From Negaprion brevirostris (Eukaryota), in NCBI GenBank assembly GCA_030324005.1, contig JARDVH010000121.1:31112595-31176594 (forward strand): a stretch of DNA of 64,000 nucleotides, read 5' to 3'. The first letter of the stretch is position 1. Each line of letters opens with the position of its first letter. Both the position numbers and the translations under genes were made by a program. Of the stretch, positions 13,265-26,520 are shown piece by piece. Under the pieces are notes generated by a model. That model was not told the origin of the DNA, did no database searches, and saw only the letters and a program-made list of their open reading frames with translations.

Positions 13265-14795
13265 ATGATGTGGAGATGCCGGCTTTGGACTGGGGTAAGC
13301 ACATTCATTCAGTTCCACAACACCAGGTTAAAGTCCAACAGGTTTATTTGGCAGCGCTAGCTTTCGGAGCCTCAAGCTCCTTCTTTGGGTGAGCGAGAAC
13401 TTGTGTTCACAAACAGGGCATATAAAGACACAAACTCAATTTATAAGATAATGGTTGGAATGTGAGTCTTTACAAGTAATCATCATTCTGCACTTTATCA
13501 CAAGCCCACGGATAACCTCACAATGCTCCACTTCTCCAGCTTCCACCCTAAACACATGAAAGAAGCTACCCCCTACGGACAAGCTCTCCATATACACAGG
13601 ATCTGCTCAGATGAGGATGACCACAACATACATACAGATGCTGAAAGCTGCCCTCGTAAGAACAGGATATGGTGTTTGACTCATCAATTGACAGTTCTGA
13701 CACGTCACAACGAAAAACCGCACGGAGCTTCTCAGAAGAGGAACATGGGACGTGGCAGACAGGATACCCTTCGTCGTCCAGTACTTCCCCAGAGTGGAGA
13801 ATTATGACATCTTCTCCAGAGCCTTCAAAATGTCATCGATGAAGATGAACATCTCGCCAAGGCCATCCCCACACCCCCACTTTTTGCCTTCAGGCAACCG
13901 CACAACCTCAGATAGACCATTGTCCACAGCAAACGACCCAGCCTTCAGGAGAACAGTGAGCACGACATCACACAACCTTGCCAAAGCAACCTCTGCAAGA
14001 TATGCTAGATCATCGACATAGATGCCATCGTCTCACACGAGAACACCATCCACCAGGTACACAGTACATACTCTTGCAACTCGACCAACCTTGTCTACCT
14101 GATACGCTGCAGGAAAGGATGTCCTGAGGCATGGTACATTTGGAGACCATGCAGAAGCTACGACAATGGACGAATGAACACTGCTCAACAATCNNNNNNN
14201 NNNNNNNNNNNNNNNNNNNNNNNNNNNNNNNNNNNNNNNNNNNNNNNNNNNNNNNNNNNNNNNNNNNNNNNNNNNNNNNNNNNNNNNNNNNNNATGTGAT
14301 CGGCGCAACTTGTGGGCCGAAGGGCCTGTTTGTGCTGTAGTGTTCTATGTTCTATGTTCTATGTTCTATGTTAGTGTTCTCCAAGATGACCTTCATGACA
14401 AACAACGCAGAATCGCTGAGCAAAGACCGATAGCCAAGTTCTGCACACGAGGACTGCCTCAACTGGGATCTTGGGTTCATGTCACACTATCTGTAACCTC
14501 CACGACTTGCCTGGGCTTGCAAAATCTCACTTACTGTCCTGGCTGTAGAGAATACACATCTCTTTAACCTGTGCTTAACCATCTCTCCACTCACATTGTC
14601 TGTACCTTTAAGACTTTATTACCTGTAAAGACTCGCATTCCAACTGTTATCTTGTAAATTGAGTTTGTGCCTTTATGTGCCCTATTTGTGAACACAAGTC
14701 CTCACTCATCTGAAGGAGGAGCTCGAGATTCCAAAAGCTAGTGTTGCCGAATAAACCTATTGGGACTTTAACCTAATGTTGTGAAACTTCTTACT
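13265..14795 (+). mobile_element. Penelope-like retroelement (5'-truncated) with inverted pseudo-LTRs
   Basis: Degenerate frames encode LHFSSFHPKH..PYGQALHIHRICS (RT C-terminal region), DRIPFVVQYFP and SCNSTNLVYLIRCRKGCPEAWYI..ETMQKLRQ (GIY-YIG). 13320-13480 is the reverse complement of about 14615-14785. The 13-bp direct repeat gtccttggtagcc flanks it (13252-13264, 14796-14808). Confidence 0.85.
14294..14371 (+). mobile_element. CR1-type 3' tail nested in the Penelope endonuclease region (5' part hidden in a gap)
   Basis: gggccgaagggcctgtttgtgctgtagtg(ttctatg)4. Confidence 0.75.
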
Positions 14796-15329
14796 GTCCT
14801 TGGTAGCCCCAGGACCAGGGACCCTACCAACATAGGCGTTGCCCGATTTCTAAACATTACGTCTGAGGTACTGATGAAGTGCTTTCTAAGAGAACTTTAG
14901 GATTAGCCTATCACTTGATGTGATCAAAAATACTCAAAAGCAACAATTATCACCTTAAAGTAGAAAATAGCACAGAAAATTTTTCCATTGCTTTATCGTC
15001 AATTACAGAGGCAGCGCTGGTTTCAACAAGTCCTTAGGTGGTCTGGAAATCATTTATAGTATAGAACATGGACTCCAATTTAACCTGAAAATAGACTGTA
15101 AAAAGATAAGCTCCTGGCTGAGTTTAGAAGAGATGAGATTTCAAAATATGCGTAAATAATTCTGCTCGACAATTTCAGTTCCTTTTATTATTGGCCCTGG
15201 AGCATATCATTTAAGCTCGCAATAGCCTTCATCACTGCTTACAACGGAATTGAAACGTTCAGAGTAGCAGATTAAAACAAACAATATGAAGAATTTAGAA
15301 ATTTTATTTTAGAAAGGAACGTGGCTGTC

Positions 15330-15627
15330 AATGCCACAGTAGCAACACAGCGATTAGCACTTCTCACGATGCTCGGGATCCAGGTTCAATTCTCACTTCG
15401 GGTGACAGTCTGCGTGGGTTTCCTCTGGTGCTGCAGTTTCCTCCCACAGTCCAAAGATGTGCAGGCTTGGTGTATTGGCTATGCTAAATTGTCCCAAGAT
15501 GCAAAGGTTAAATTGATAAATCATGATAAATGTGTGGGCTTATAGGGACAGGGCCTAGGTAAGATAGTCAGAGTTGGTGTAGGCCCGATGGGCCAAATGG
15601 CCTCCTTCTGCACTGCAAGCATTCTAC
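15330..15627 (+). mobile_element. HE1-like V-SINE with CR1-derived tail
   Basis: caggttcaattc B box, V domain, and 3' gggccaaatggcctccttctgcactg..ttcta. Confidence 0.75.
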
Positions 15628-16429
15628 GAGTAAACGTATAGGAATCTCTCTCCTACAAATGTTCCTGAGTAGCATTGTAAATTCATTTTCTAGAGGAGAG
15701 AAAGCCAGAATTTGAATACCTTACTGAGGCTCAAGGAAAGATAATTACTACCAAAAGGTCCAAAACTTCATGACTGTCCAAATCACTGACTGATTACACT
15801 GAGGGGAATCATCTGAAATTGAGTTGGAAGTGATGCAATTCTGGTGAAATATTTTGAGTGCACAGAAGCACATCCCTTAATGGAAAATAATTAGGACAGA
15901 GAAAAACCCCAGGCCACAATTATAGCTTCAAAGCATAGACTGGATTACAGTGTGTGTAAAGGTGGAACTGCTACAGCACCAGTTGCCTGTTTGCAGCACA
16001 TGGCTCAGAAATTCTGATTTCATCACAGCTCAGAACATACCAACTGACAGCAAAAAGGTGATTAAAACATTTTCAGTGATTTACTCAGCAAATGTCAGTG
16101 AATTATTGTATTCAGTCTTCACCTTAATTTCCAGTAGCGTTCTCAATGGAGGCAGCAAGCTTGTTACAGACATTTGAGTGAGGCCATCAAACCTCCCCTT
16201 ATCATGAGACAGTAAAATGCCACCTGAGGTCAATGCCCTTCACATGTTCTGCCCCTTGCCTGCTCTGATTCCTATGGCTGGCAGGTCAGTAAACATCTGT
16301 TCACAAATACAGACGTGAAAGAGATTGTATTTTAGGTGCCAAGATCTGGATGTCTCTTTTCACCCCTCCATCCTTTCACCTCACTCCAGGTTTTCATAGA
16401 AACTGATTTGCATATCACAAAAGATTCCA

Positions 16430-17460
16430 AGATCATCAGGGAGAGAATATGAGTTTAAGACTTGGCAGTTGAAGTAAAGGACTCCAATAGTGGGACAATA
16501 GGGAGAGATTAGAGAATAGAAGATACAAAGCCATAGCAGGATTTAGAAACAATGATGAAAAAGCAATGCTGCTTAACACAAAGGTCAGCAAATAAAGGGA
16601 TGATGGTTGAATGGGTCTTAGTGAGTTAGGAAACAGGCAACAGAACTTTGGATGACCCCAAGTTTGCAGAGGCTACCAATTTCCCATTATAATACCAAAA
16701 GTTGTCATCTGTGAATTGACTGATGCTAACCCTGCTTAAGTAGAAATAGACCTTGCAGACACAGATGTGTGCTTATACAGATGTGGTCAGAAAGAAGCTC
16801 ATCTCATGGTCAATTATAAAACCAAGAACGTTAGCAGCCTGATATAGCCTCAAACAGTTGCCTGGAAGATGAATAGTCAGTGGCTCAGGAAAAGTTTGTT
16901 TTAGGGACCAAAAACAAATGGCTTCAGTCTTCTCAAAATTTAACTGGAGGAAATTTCTGCTTACCCACAACTGGATGTCAGATATGCAATCCGATGATTT
17001 TTGAGCCAACTTGGGAGTGGGTGTGGGGTGTTGGTGGTAAATATGAGCACTGGTAGTGAAGGGGGAAAAATATGGAACCAGATGCTCATCTTGGATTATG
17101 TCACAGTTGTGTAGGNNNNNNNNNNAAAATAGGAAATACAAAATAGGAAGAGGCCAAAGAATTAAGAGCCAAACATAGTGTGGAAGTAGGGAGACAAGTC
17201 ATGGGATAAAATTCTTTGACTAGAAATAGATAATAGAAGCAGGCAAGTGGAGCCTCATCCAGGCAGCTGCTGGACAATAGTGGTCAACCGTATCAAAGAC
17301 TTGCATCAATTGTCATGAAGAATGACAAGAGATAGTTTATAGTTGCCAGTCATGTAGGATTTCAGATGATTGTGGCAAGAACAATTTTAATACCATCAGC
17401 AGAAACTGGATTGGACGGATTTTAAAATGTGGAGCTCTGGGAAAAGTTGGGAATAGATTT
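16430..17460 (-). mobile_element. L2-like LINE remnant
   Basis: ORF 16773..17141 encodes SDCISDIQLWVSRNFLQLNFEKTEAICF..NVLGFIID. Confidence 0.7.
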
Positions 17461-18099
17461 GAATGAAGACAATACTTGCAAGCACTTGAGTGTGGGTGGG
17501 TGTGGGGGAGGTTGTAGGTGAACAGTAGTTCAAATACAGAAGTAGTCTTTTTTGGGAGGGGTGATTATAAACAGATTTGAGCAGAGAAAAACGATTTCAA
17601 AATATTTGTTAACATGGGAGCCAGGAGGCCAGCAGTTTATTTCTTTATCCCAAGGGCATGGCCAGCTTCCAGAGCAAAGTTTTAAACTGGTACACATGAG
17701 CACAATTCCATTTGCACTGAACACAAGTTATGGTTTAAATTTTGCATGGGATACACTTAGAGTAAATGCACCAAAAAAAAAATCAGCCCAGTTTACATAG
17801 AACTAGTAGAGGCAAAACAAATACAATTTTAATGGGGCTGTAAGACAAGCCATTGAAGGTGACAGGGTAGGTTGAATAAAATTGTTAATATATTGGGAAT
17901 CCAGGCAGGGCAACTAATTGAATGGGCAGCAGTTGCTGGTTTGAGAGCAGGGGTGTTGGGGATGCACTGCACATGTGTGAAATGTGTACATCAGAAAAAC
18001 AGTCTCTTGGTAACATGCAACACAGTACATGGGGACAATCACCTTGATTATGACATGATTCCATAAAATCTGGGGCAGTTAGCCATCCTGGATCCAGGG

Positions 18100-18632
18100 A
18101 TTTAATAAACTAGATGAAGTTTGGGTGAACTTTTATAAAGCACTGTTTCAGCATCAATTGGAGCATTGTCCAATTATGGGCTTTATACTTTATGATGAAG
18201 GCTTTAGTATGGTGCAGAAAAGATTTACCAGAAAAGTTTCAGGGTTGAGGGACTTCATTTATTGTGGGCATATAGAGAAGCTGGGATTTTTCTCCTTAGA
18301 AAAGAAAAAGAGATTTGATAGAGATGTTTAAAATCATGAGGGTGAAATGGAGCAAAAGAAGAGCAATTTCCCTGTTGGCAGAAAAGGTCAAGGGCCAGAT
18401 TATACCAATTGGCAACAAAAACGCATTTGACATAAGTGGTTAGGATCTGGAATACACTATCCAAATGTGATGGGGGAATATTTAATTATGGTTTCCAAAT
18501 CAGAATTGGATGACCTTAAGAGAACATTTGGTGGTCTGTGGAAAAAGGAGCTAGCTGACTTGTTCTTACTGAGTACTGGCATGGACACAACAGGCCTAAG
18601 TGGTCTCCTTCTGTGCTATAACCATTCTATGC
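18100..18632 (+). mobile_element. CR1 3' fragment
   Basis: FYKALFQHQLEHC..VQKRFTRKVSGLR..EKLGFFSLEK, with tail ctgtgctataaccattctatg. Confidence 0.7.
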
Positions 18633-19237
18633 TTTTAACTTTACCCCCATAATCCATGGTGACAGCAAGTGTTTACTGAGGGAACATGGCACTGATTTGG
18701 GAAGAGACCTTAAAAGCCTTGCTTGCCTCTTGGGTAAATAAAATAGCCAAATTTAATTGTTTGAAGAAAAGCAGTTGAGATCCCCCAATATACTGGCAAG
18801 CATTTATTCTTCAATCAGTAGACACCATAGAAATAAACTAAACAATTAAGTTTAAGGGTTAAATTTGCCACATGCAAGTAGAATGCTTTTAATAATTGTT
18901 ATAATCTAAAAAGCTGTTGACCACAATTTTCCCTAAACTCTAAGTGTCATGTCAAGAAAACCAGAGCGACCCACACTGGTCTGTCAGGGGCAGCCTGGAT
19001 CACTATTACCCCACACTAAGTTTTTTTGGGGGCAGGGTGGGGGAAGGTGGGAAAAGAGTGGTGAGTTATGTGCCAGTTCTGGGAAGGGCAGGGCCTAAGC
19101 ATACCGGTTGAGCCTCTCTGTAAAAGCAGCCAGGTGCTATTTTGGAAGATTGCCCAGGGAGACTGCCTCTCCCCTTAGACAATGGAGCGTCTCACTCATC
19201 AACTGCATCTTTCCTCACTCCTGCCCTGGCATTAGGG

Positions 19238-19292
19238 CCCTCTCCTCCGCTCCCCGCCCCCTCTCCTCCGCTCCCCGCCCCCTCTCCTCCCC
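19238..19292. repeat. 21-bp GC-rich tandem repeat (about 2.5 copies)
   Basis: (ccctctcctccgctccccgcc)x2 followed by ccctctcctcc. Confidence 0.8.
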
Positions 19293-21010
19293 AGCCACAT
19301 CCCCAGAGTTTCAATGACCAAGCCCCCTAGTGTGGCTATCACACCTAGTCTCTGCTAGTGGAGACCAGCAATATTTCTTGCAGGTCTCGCACCATACCCA
19401 AAAGGTCAGTAAATCCTGGGAATCGAGATAATCCGGTGCCAAACTGGCTATGCAAATGCTCTAGTTTGCACCATTAGAAAGGGATTGCAAACCATTTCGC
19501 ACAGGGCACAGAAACAACTTTTAGGTTTACATGCTATTTTCTGGGATCCACAGCCACAGAAGTTCCACTAGCATGTTAAGATGATGTTGCCCAAGTAACT
19601 AAGTCTAAGATCCATAACTTTGCAGAGGTTGTAGAAGATGGTGAAAGAGACCAGTGCAAGTTGAATCCTTCAGATTGGAATTGATTGGACAGCAAAGAAT
19701 GCTGGCTATGGAAATCCCAGAGGTAAGTAAATTGGGCAATTTCAACTAGATCATACTGTCCAGTAGGACCTCAATTTACCTTCTTACCCCATGAAGTGAA
19801 AAAGGATGCTTAGGATGGGAAATGGGAAAGAATACGCTTATGGGTGGCCAGGTGAAGTTAAAAAATCTGCCATCTCTGCCCAAGTGATATGATTTTATGC
19901 CAAAATCTCATTAATTCTCTAATTACTGATGTTCTTAAGCCATATAATTGGAAAACAGGAAACAAAGGTATACCTTGCTTTCAAAGTCCAGGAGTATTCT
20001 ATACACTCCAGGAGTATATTTACATTTGTATCACTGTAAAACCAGATGGCAGTCCAAAGATGATCATAGCTAGGAAATGTTCACTGCAGTTTTAAAATGC
20101 TTGCTCAAGATCATGTTGATATGATTTTTTTTTTCCCAAATAAGCTTCTGCAAAGCCCCGCTGTGATGCAAATGTGGTGGAATTCTCTCTCTTTTGCAGA
20201 GTGCTGGCTGAAGGAAGGAAACTGAGGTGCAGCTCACCAGCTGCTCAACAGGCTCTTCTCACTAAATTTGCACAGAGCGCTTGCACAAAGACAAAAGAGT
20301 GTGGCCCACACTGACAATATGGTGCAGCATCAGAAAAAGCCAGTAANNNNNNNNNNNNNNNNNNNNNNNNNNNNNNNNNNNNNNNNNNNNNNNNNNNNNN
20401 NNNNNNNNNNNNNNNNNAGAAAGGACTGTGTCCCCACCTTCCAAATGAAGCTCCCCTAGGCCCAATCCCCAACATTTCCCCCTGCCAGGGCATCCTCCCC
20501 TCCCTGGGGACAATACTTACATGTGCACTCCTGTGCCTGGTCCAGATTTAGCCACCACAAATGTGTGCTACAAAATGTTTCCAATTAAAGTGTTGTTGAT
20601 TGTGTGTATGAATACTTCAGTGCAAATTTGTGTGACAAATTGCACAGCATTGTACCATGAATGGTGGCAACAAACCAGATTAAAATTGTAGAATGATGAG
20701 AAGCTGCAGGAAAATGTAAGCTTTGCAAATAAGAAAAAAAAAGCAATAACTTCTGGAGAGAAAAAACTCCAACAGAACCAGGGGATGCAAAACACCATAT
20801 ATATATATATATATTCCAAAACTGGATGAATGTACATCAAACAACAGTACATCATAAATTAGAGACAGTTTGAAACACTATTGTATGGTTGAACATGATT
20901 AAGGAAATCAAAAAAGAACCAAAAATGCAATAAATACAAAAAAAAAGAAACTGAATTAAATAAGATGTACCTTAATATGCATACTACAGTGTGCCCAACT
21001 ACAACAAACT

Positions 21011-21016
21011 TTTATT
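21011..21016 (-). terminator. Candidate polyadenylation signal AATAAA
   Basis: tttatt on the + strand with a downstream U-rich tract on the minus strand. Other AATAAA candidates at 24357-24352 and 24212-24207. Confidence 0.4.
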
Positions 21017-24000
21017 TTCTAATATTGTAACACTGAGGGATCCAAACAAAACAGATGGAAATTCCCTATAAATTGCATTGTAAATGAATATATCCAAAAT
21101 TCAATGGAATAGGAATTAATGAATTCAGCATGCACCCTCAAGCAACAATTTTATATTCAGATCAAACAAGCAACTGTTAGCCCCTGTATGTGATGCATAA
21201 CAATTTCAAAAATATGCATAAAAGTGCAACTATAAAACATTTTCTAGCACATGTATATATGGCTCAGTCTTCTCCGGGAAAGAAAAATCAGAATCCACTG
21301 TCACAGGAGGTCAGTAGTGTCAATATTACAAACCCCAAACAAACAAATGCTCCGCTGATTGAGCTGTCTTTTTTCTCAAATTAAGAGTTTGGTTTCTTGG
21401 TAAGGCACACGGCACAATTCAGACGCTCTGCTTGAAGTGTTTGAGCGGTCTGCAAGCCTAATATAACATACACATCCTCTTGCTGCATAGCTAGTTTCTC
21501 ATTTGCATATCACCAGGATGCTTAATGGGAAATAAAATGAATGCTTCTTAAACTTTTGGAGCCTAACAGCTGAAGCACAACTATTAGGTACAGTAGAACT
21601 AAGCAAAGTTCACAGTCTTCCAATGGTTCCATTACCAGGTTTATATTAGCAGCATTTCTGGAGAGCTGATAGACCGTGTACCAATGTTCTGTGTATGTTG
21701 TGCACCAAAATGTTTTCATTTATGAACAGAGATTGCTTTCAACTAATCCATTTAAAAGAAACAAATCAGAATGTTATCCAATTCATAAAAACTAAAACTA
21801 AACCATAAGCTTAATTTACTTCATAAAAACCAATTGGAATCCAACAAAAATAAAGCCCCTTCACCTAAAATGTACAAAATGAATAGCAACTATTTTAGCA
21901 GCCCAATTGTACTGAAATGCAATATTAAAAGGTTGCTGTATTTACATCCAAGAAAATCCAAACCAACAATTGGGGGCTATGTACCCAGCCTAATTTCACA
22001 ACAGAACTGAAAACTGACCTTGTACTCATCTCAAAAAATTGCCTGAAATTTGACTTCTACGTACACAATTTCTTCCCAGGGTACAGGACTAGGTCATTAA
22101 TAGACAGCATTCCTTTCATTTGTGCATTATATACAAATTGCCATTCCTACACACTATCCTTGGTCAGTTGTCTCTTGAAATGTAGGTTAGATGATGCCAA
22201 GAGAACAAAAAAAATTCTTCCATAGTCTCACTCAACTGTTGAATTCCATTTGAATGTTACAATAATCACAGTTCTGTTCATTCTGTCCTTCCCTCAAAGA
22301 ACAGCAACTTAGTGCATTTCATTACTGTAAATTTGATAAATTTTGAATCAGTTGTAACAAAAAGTTTGAAACTTCTAAACACTCTTNNNNNNNNNNNNNN
22401 NNNNNNNNNNNNNNNNNNNNNNNNNNNNNNNNNNNNNNNNNNNNNNNNNNNNNNNNNNNNNNNNNNNNNNNNNNNNNNNNNNNNNNGAAACTTCTAAACA
22501 CTCTTGGTCCCTGCCAAAATGACAAATCAAGGTGAGTTGAGAAGCTCAGTTCTTAAGAGTTAATCAAAATGCAACACAATCTTCATAGACTAAATAAAAT
22601 ACGTTATGAATTTTAACAATTAGGATTTCCCCCTCCGGGATACTGCAAAGATGGCAAGTTCAGTAAACAGATAGTCTTCAACAGAATTATTGATTTAATC
22701 TTTCAGCTACATAAACTGCAACATTTGTTTAAAACTAAACATTTTAAATGTAGCAGAACAATGCATCAGAAAAATTCAATTCATGGAATTTCACCCAATG
22801 CAACAGATTTAAGCATAGCTGTGGTAAGCATTACTTATTCTAGTACATTAAAAGTTAGAACTGTTAATATACAAACACCCATCAAAAAATGGGTATAACA
22901 AACGTGGCTGCAGGACAAGTACAACTGCTAGATTCGCTGCAGGCAAAAAACATGCTGAGAGTTTGGTAAATATTGAGTATGACTATAACAAAAATGCACT
23001 TGTACATCTGCCTCTTTTGGGCTGTCTATTAGCAAGGTTTCAGCAATAACTTTGCTACTAACAGCTAGCACAAGGAGACGAGCCAACAGTTTAAAGTGGA
23101 CAGCACTTGTCAACTGTCGTTCAGCATTGCTTCCAGCTAAGAAAGCTGAACTCAGTAGGAATGTTCAAATTATAAAAATCTGCACACCCTATACTCTGTC
23201 AAATATATAGCATCATTTTCAAAATCAAACTTTGGAAATTCTTCCTTAACTGGTTCATTAAAGCTTTGTTCTTTTGAAAGATGTCAGCTAGAGTACTCTG
23301 TAATCAGTAGCCTATAAAAATATTCTTCATCCAATGAGCATTTTAGTTTAAACACTTAAGCATTTCCATTCTTCTGTAGATCAATATTTTGCTTATTGTT
23401 AAATTAATTACATGTACACATCTCCAGACAAGAACATTTGTTTTCAGAATCTGAAAATTCCACAGCTTGAACGGCTGTTAAAACGAGACATCACTATGGT
23501 ACATTGCTTCAGTTCCTGACTTGTTACCTTGTAATTATCAATGTTTCACCTGGGGAAGGAGGAGGCCCAAAGATCACTCAGTCTGTCATTTGGGAGAATC
23601 AAGAAACTTGCATAATTAACCTAATGAAACATCAGAGCATATCATATGCTCAACAGTGCATCTGCCCACCCCCCCACCACTAAACTTTGATCTTATGGAA
23701 ACACGGTCTAAAATTGAACAAAGCAAACATAGATTACTTTTAAAAATTGTGAATTTAAACGTGGTTTAGTACCAAATTTCCACTTTGCGTGTTTTCAATT
23801 TTTAAAAAAATACACAAAATGCACTTCTGAAACATTAGTAGACCTGGTACGACCAGCATGCATTTGTTGCAGTTTGCCCAGTCTGAATGTGAAAAGATTC
23901 CCAAGTTATATTCCAACAGTGCATCAATTGTCTGCCAGGTAGCACTTGTGGTCTTACTATATGATAATCCAACACTGCACTGTGCAACAGGCAACCATAT

Positions 24001-24460
24001 TTGGTGCATCTCATTTACACATTATGAATATATAATATAAAGAATCAAGGTTCAGTTGCAGAGGACTAGTGTTCCAAATTAAAGATTTTGTAATATTGCA
24101 ACTTAAAAGGGTACCAAAGTATTGCTTACCACAGCTGTGCCACCAAATGGAATATAAAGAGACTATTGGAAGACTGATGCTAGAAGCATTACCACAGGTC
24201 ATACAATTTATTGCTCATTTTTCAGTGGAAAGAAAAAGCTCAATAACAGTAACACAATTTCCCAGAAATGCCAATATCAGGTCCCAAAATTCATAAACAA
24301 AAAATCTAGAGCCTGGCATTGCAGAAGTGATGCCCCCCCTCCCCCAACTCATTTATTAGTGCCAAGCAATGTAGTTATTGCAAAAAACAGGAACAGTTGA
24401 CAATTAGAAACAGTACAATTTCAAGTTCATAATCAAAATGGAATACAAGTTAATTTGTAA

Positions 24461-24492
24461 ATATATATATGTATATATATATATATATTTAT
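24461..24492. repeat. (TA)n microsatellite in the putative 3' UTR (another at about 20797-20813)
   Basis: atatatatatgtatatatatatatatattt. Confidence 0.85.
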
Positions 24493-26413
24493 ATAATTTC
24501 TGCTTACAACCAGAACAAAAACATAACCCAAAATGAATGGAATAGTAGTGTTCAATACATGTACAAATCACAGCTTATTTGAGGTGGATCTTGTACTTCA
24601 GATGTTGTCAGATTTCACCAGTGGGTCAGCTGGCACCCTAAAAATCAACTCTTGACACAGAAGGAGTATTCCATTCACAGCTTTCAACAGATCTGGGGTC
24701 AAGAACATATGTTGTTAGAAAATATAATGGGAGAATCATAAATACATCACAGGCAACTAGAAAACAAATAGCAAAATGTAAAGTTCCTATTGGCATTTTA
24801 TCCTGAAGAAACATGCCTCTCTCCTCAGCACTTGTCTTCTGGAGGTTTGGAATTTAGAAATGTACTCCACCCCTTCCACCTACACTGTTTGTGTCATTTA
24901 TCAACTCCCCAGGTTAGGGGGGCTCAATCAGATGGACCCCTGCATAATCTTGTTATTTACACCAAGTTAATTAGGAAAAAAAGCCCCCCTTCATATTCTA
25001 GTCCAGAAGACAGTATGCCTACTGTCAAATAAAAAAGTTAGTAAATCAAATTAAAACAAAGTCAAAAATGTTTTCTCTAAAGTCAGAGAATTTTTGAAGT
25101 ATAGTTCCTCTGGTGAAGATCAACTTCTGGAGAACTTTTCAACTCCAGTTTTCCCCTCATCATCGTACCATGACAGCAACTACAATTCAAAGTATTCCAC
25201 TGGCTATTAAATGCTTGGAGATGTCAAATGGTTGTGAAAAGCTGTACAGGTGAAAGTCTAATTTCAGGCTTGTACAACAATGCAAAAGCATGTTGTCAAA
25301 TAACTAATCTGTCCCAATGTACTGATTGAATGCTGTTTAACAGATCTAGATCTGGTGGCCAATTTCTTAAAATGGTCTTGGATGTTGGTATCCTGATCAG
25401 TATTAAGCTCTCCTCCAAACATTACCAAAGATTCTGATTTTTTTATTTCATTGCTGTTTGTGCAAATTTATAAAAGAAATCATTACTCTAAACCAGAAAT
25501 GAATCAAGTTAACAACGGCCATTTGAAGTACAAGCAATATTTAGAAAGCCTATACTGAGTAAACTGGGTAAGTAGAGTGCTAGAGGACATGCAGCACGAT
25601 CAAAATGAGGCAATACTCAAGGTGGATTCTTAGTGTATTAAAAATCAGTTTGCACGTTGTTCGTAACTAATTTCCTATTGCCACATCCAACCACAAATAA
25701 TTTGATACGTTTTGCCTACACCAATTTGTGATGTTGACAGCACAATTCTAGACAGCTGTGTTCGAAATTTACAGTTTTAAAAGATTTAAAATGCTTCCTT
25801 TGCATCTTCAAATCATTAGTTTTGTATGTTTAATATTTCTACTAATTCCAGAAGCCTGTTCTTGGTTGCAGCTAATTTGTTGTTCTGTGGGTTATTGCCA
25901 TTGCTTCAGACCCCCAATCCCACCCAAACCCTTGAACTCAATTTGACAGCACATGCAGCCTACTTGCAGATCGAGTCCCAATCTTCCCATGGCTCTTCGC
26001 CAAAATAGGATATCAAATAGTTTACCAAATGCAAATGCTGATAAAATACTTCCTTAAATGTTTTGAAACATAGCTTTACCTCAATTTCAAACCAGTCTAG
26101 CAAAAACCAAAATCAATATGCAGCTTTGTTATATAATAAATAAATTTGGATTTTTGGTGTCAGATACAGAGGACACATTGTTCCCTTTTCTTCTTGCTCT
26201 GCCACTTACTAGGCCTACGTCCAACTTTTGTAGCCCCTAGTGAAGCCTTGTCCTTTTATGATGTGGCTCGAGTGCCTGGTTGTGTGTTACTTTATTAAAA
26301 TAGGTGCAAGTTTGGTTTAAAATGGCCAACTTACTGGTTATTACAATTTTACTCCTTTGCAAGAAGCTAGCACATTCCTCATACTTACATTTACCTTATT
26401 CCATTGACAGGTT

Positions 26414-26520
26414 TCACTGGGTCATGTACTCTTTGTCTAAAGATCCACTATGACCATGATTAATGCTCCTTTTCTGCGACATACTGTTAGAGTGCTGCAG
26501 ATACTGGAAAGGCCTCTTCC
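26414..26520 (-). CDS. ZNF217: ZNF217 last coding exon
   Basis: Acceptor tttacacag|. Translation GKRPFQYLQHSNSMSQKRSINHGHSGSLDKEYMTQ* resembles the recalled human C-terminus GKRPVSYQHLSNSMAQKR. TGA at 26416-26414. Confidence 0.92.

Larger units (their letters stand above)
20990..24692 (-). other. ZNF217: Probable terminal non-coding exon (3' UTR) of ZNF217
   Basis: Acceptor ttcttgaccccag| at 24694-24693 with a branch-point-like TTCTAAC about 20-25 nt upstream. About 4 kb, U-rich on the minus strand, with no recognisable transposons. AATAAA at 21016-21011 is followed by U/GU-rich sequence. The 3' end is uncertain. Confidence 0.55.

Noticed and set aside
14340-14371. (TTCTATG)n arrays as CRISPR or telomere-like repeats
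   Set aside because: They are CR1-type 3' tail microsatellites without spacers, in eukaryotic DNA.
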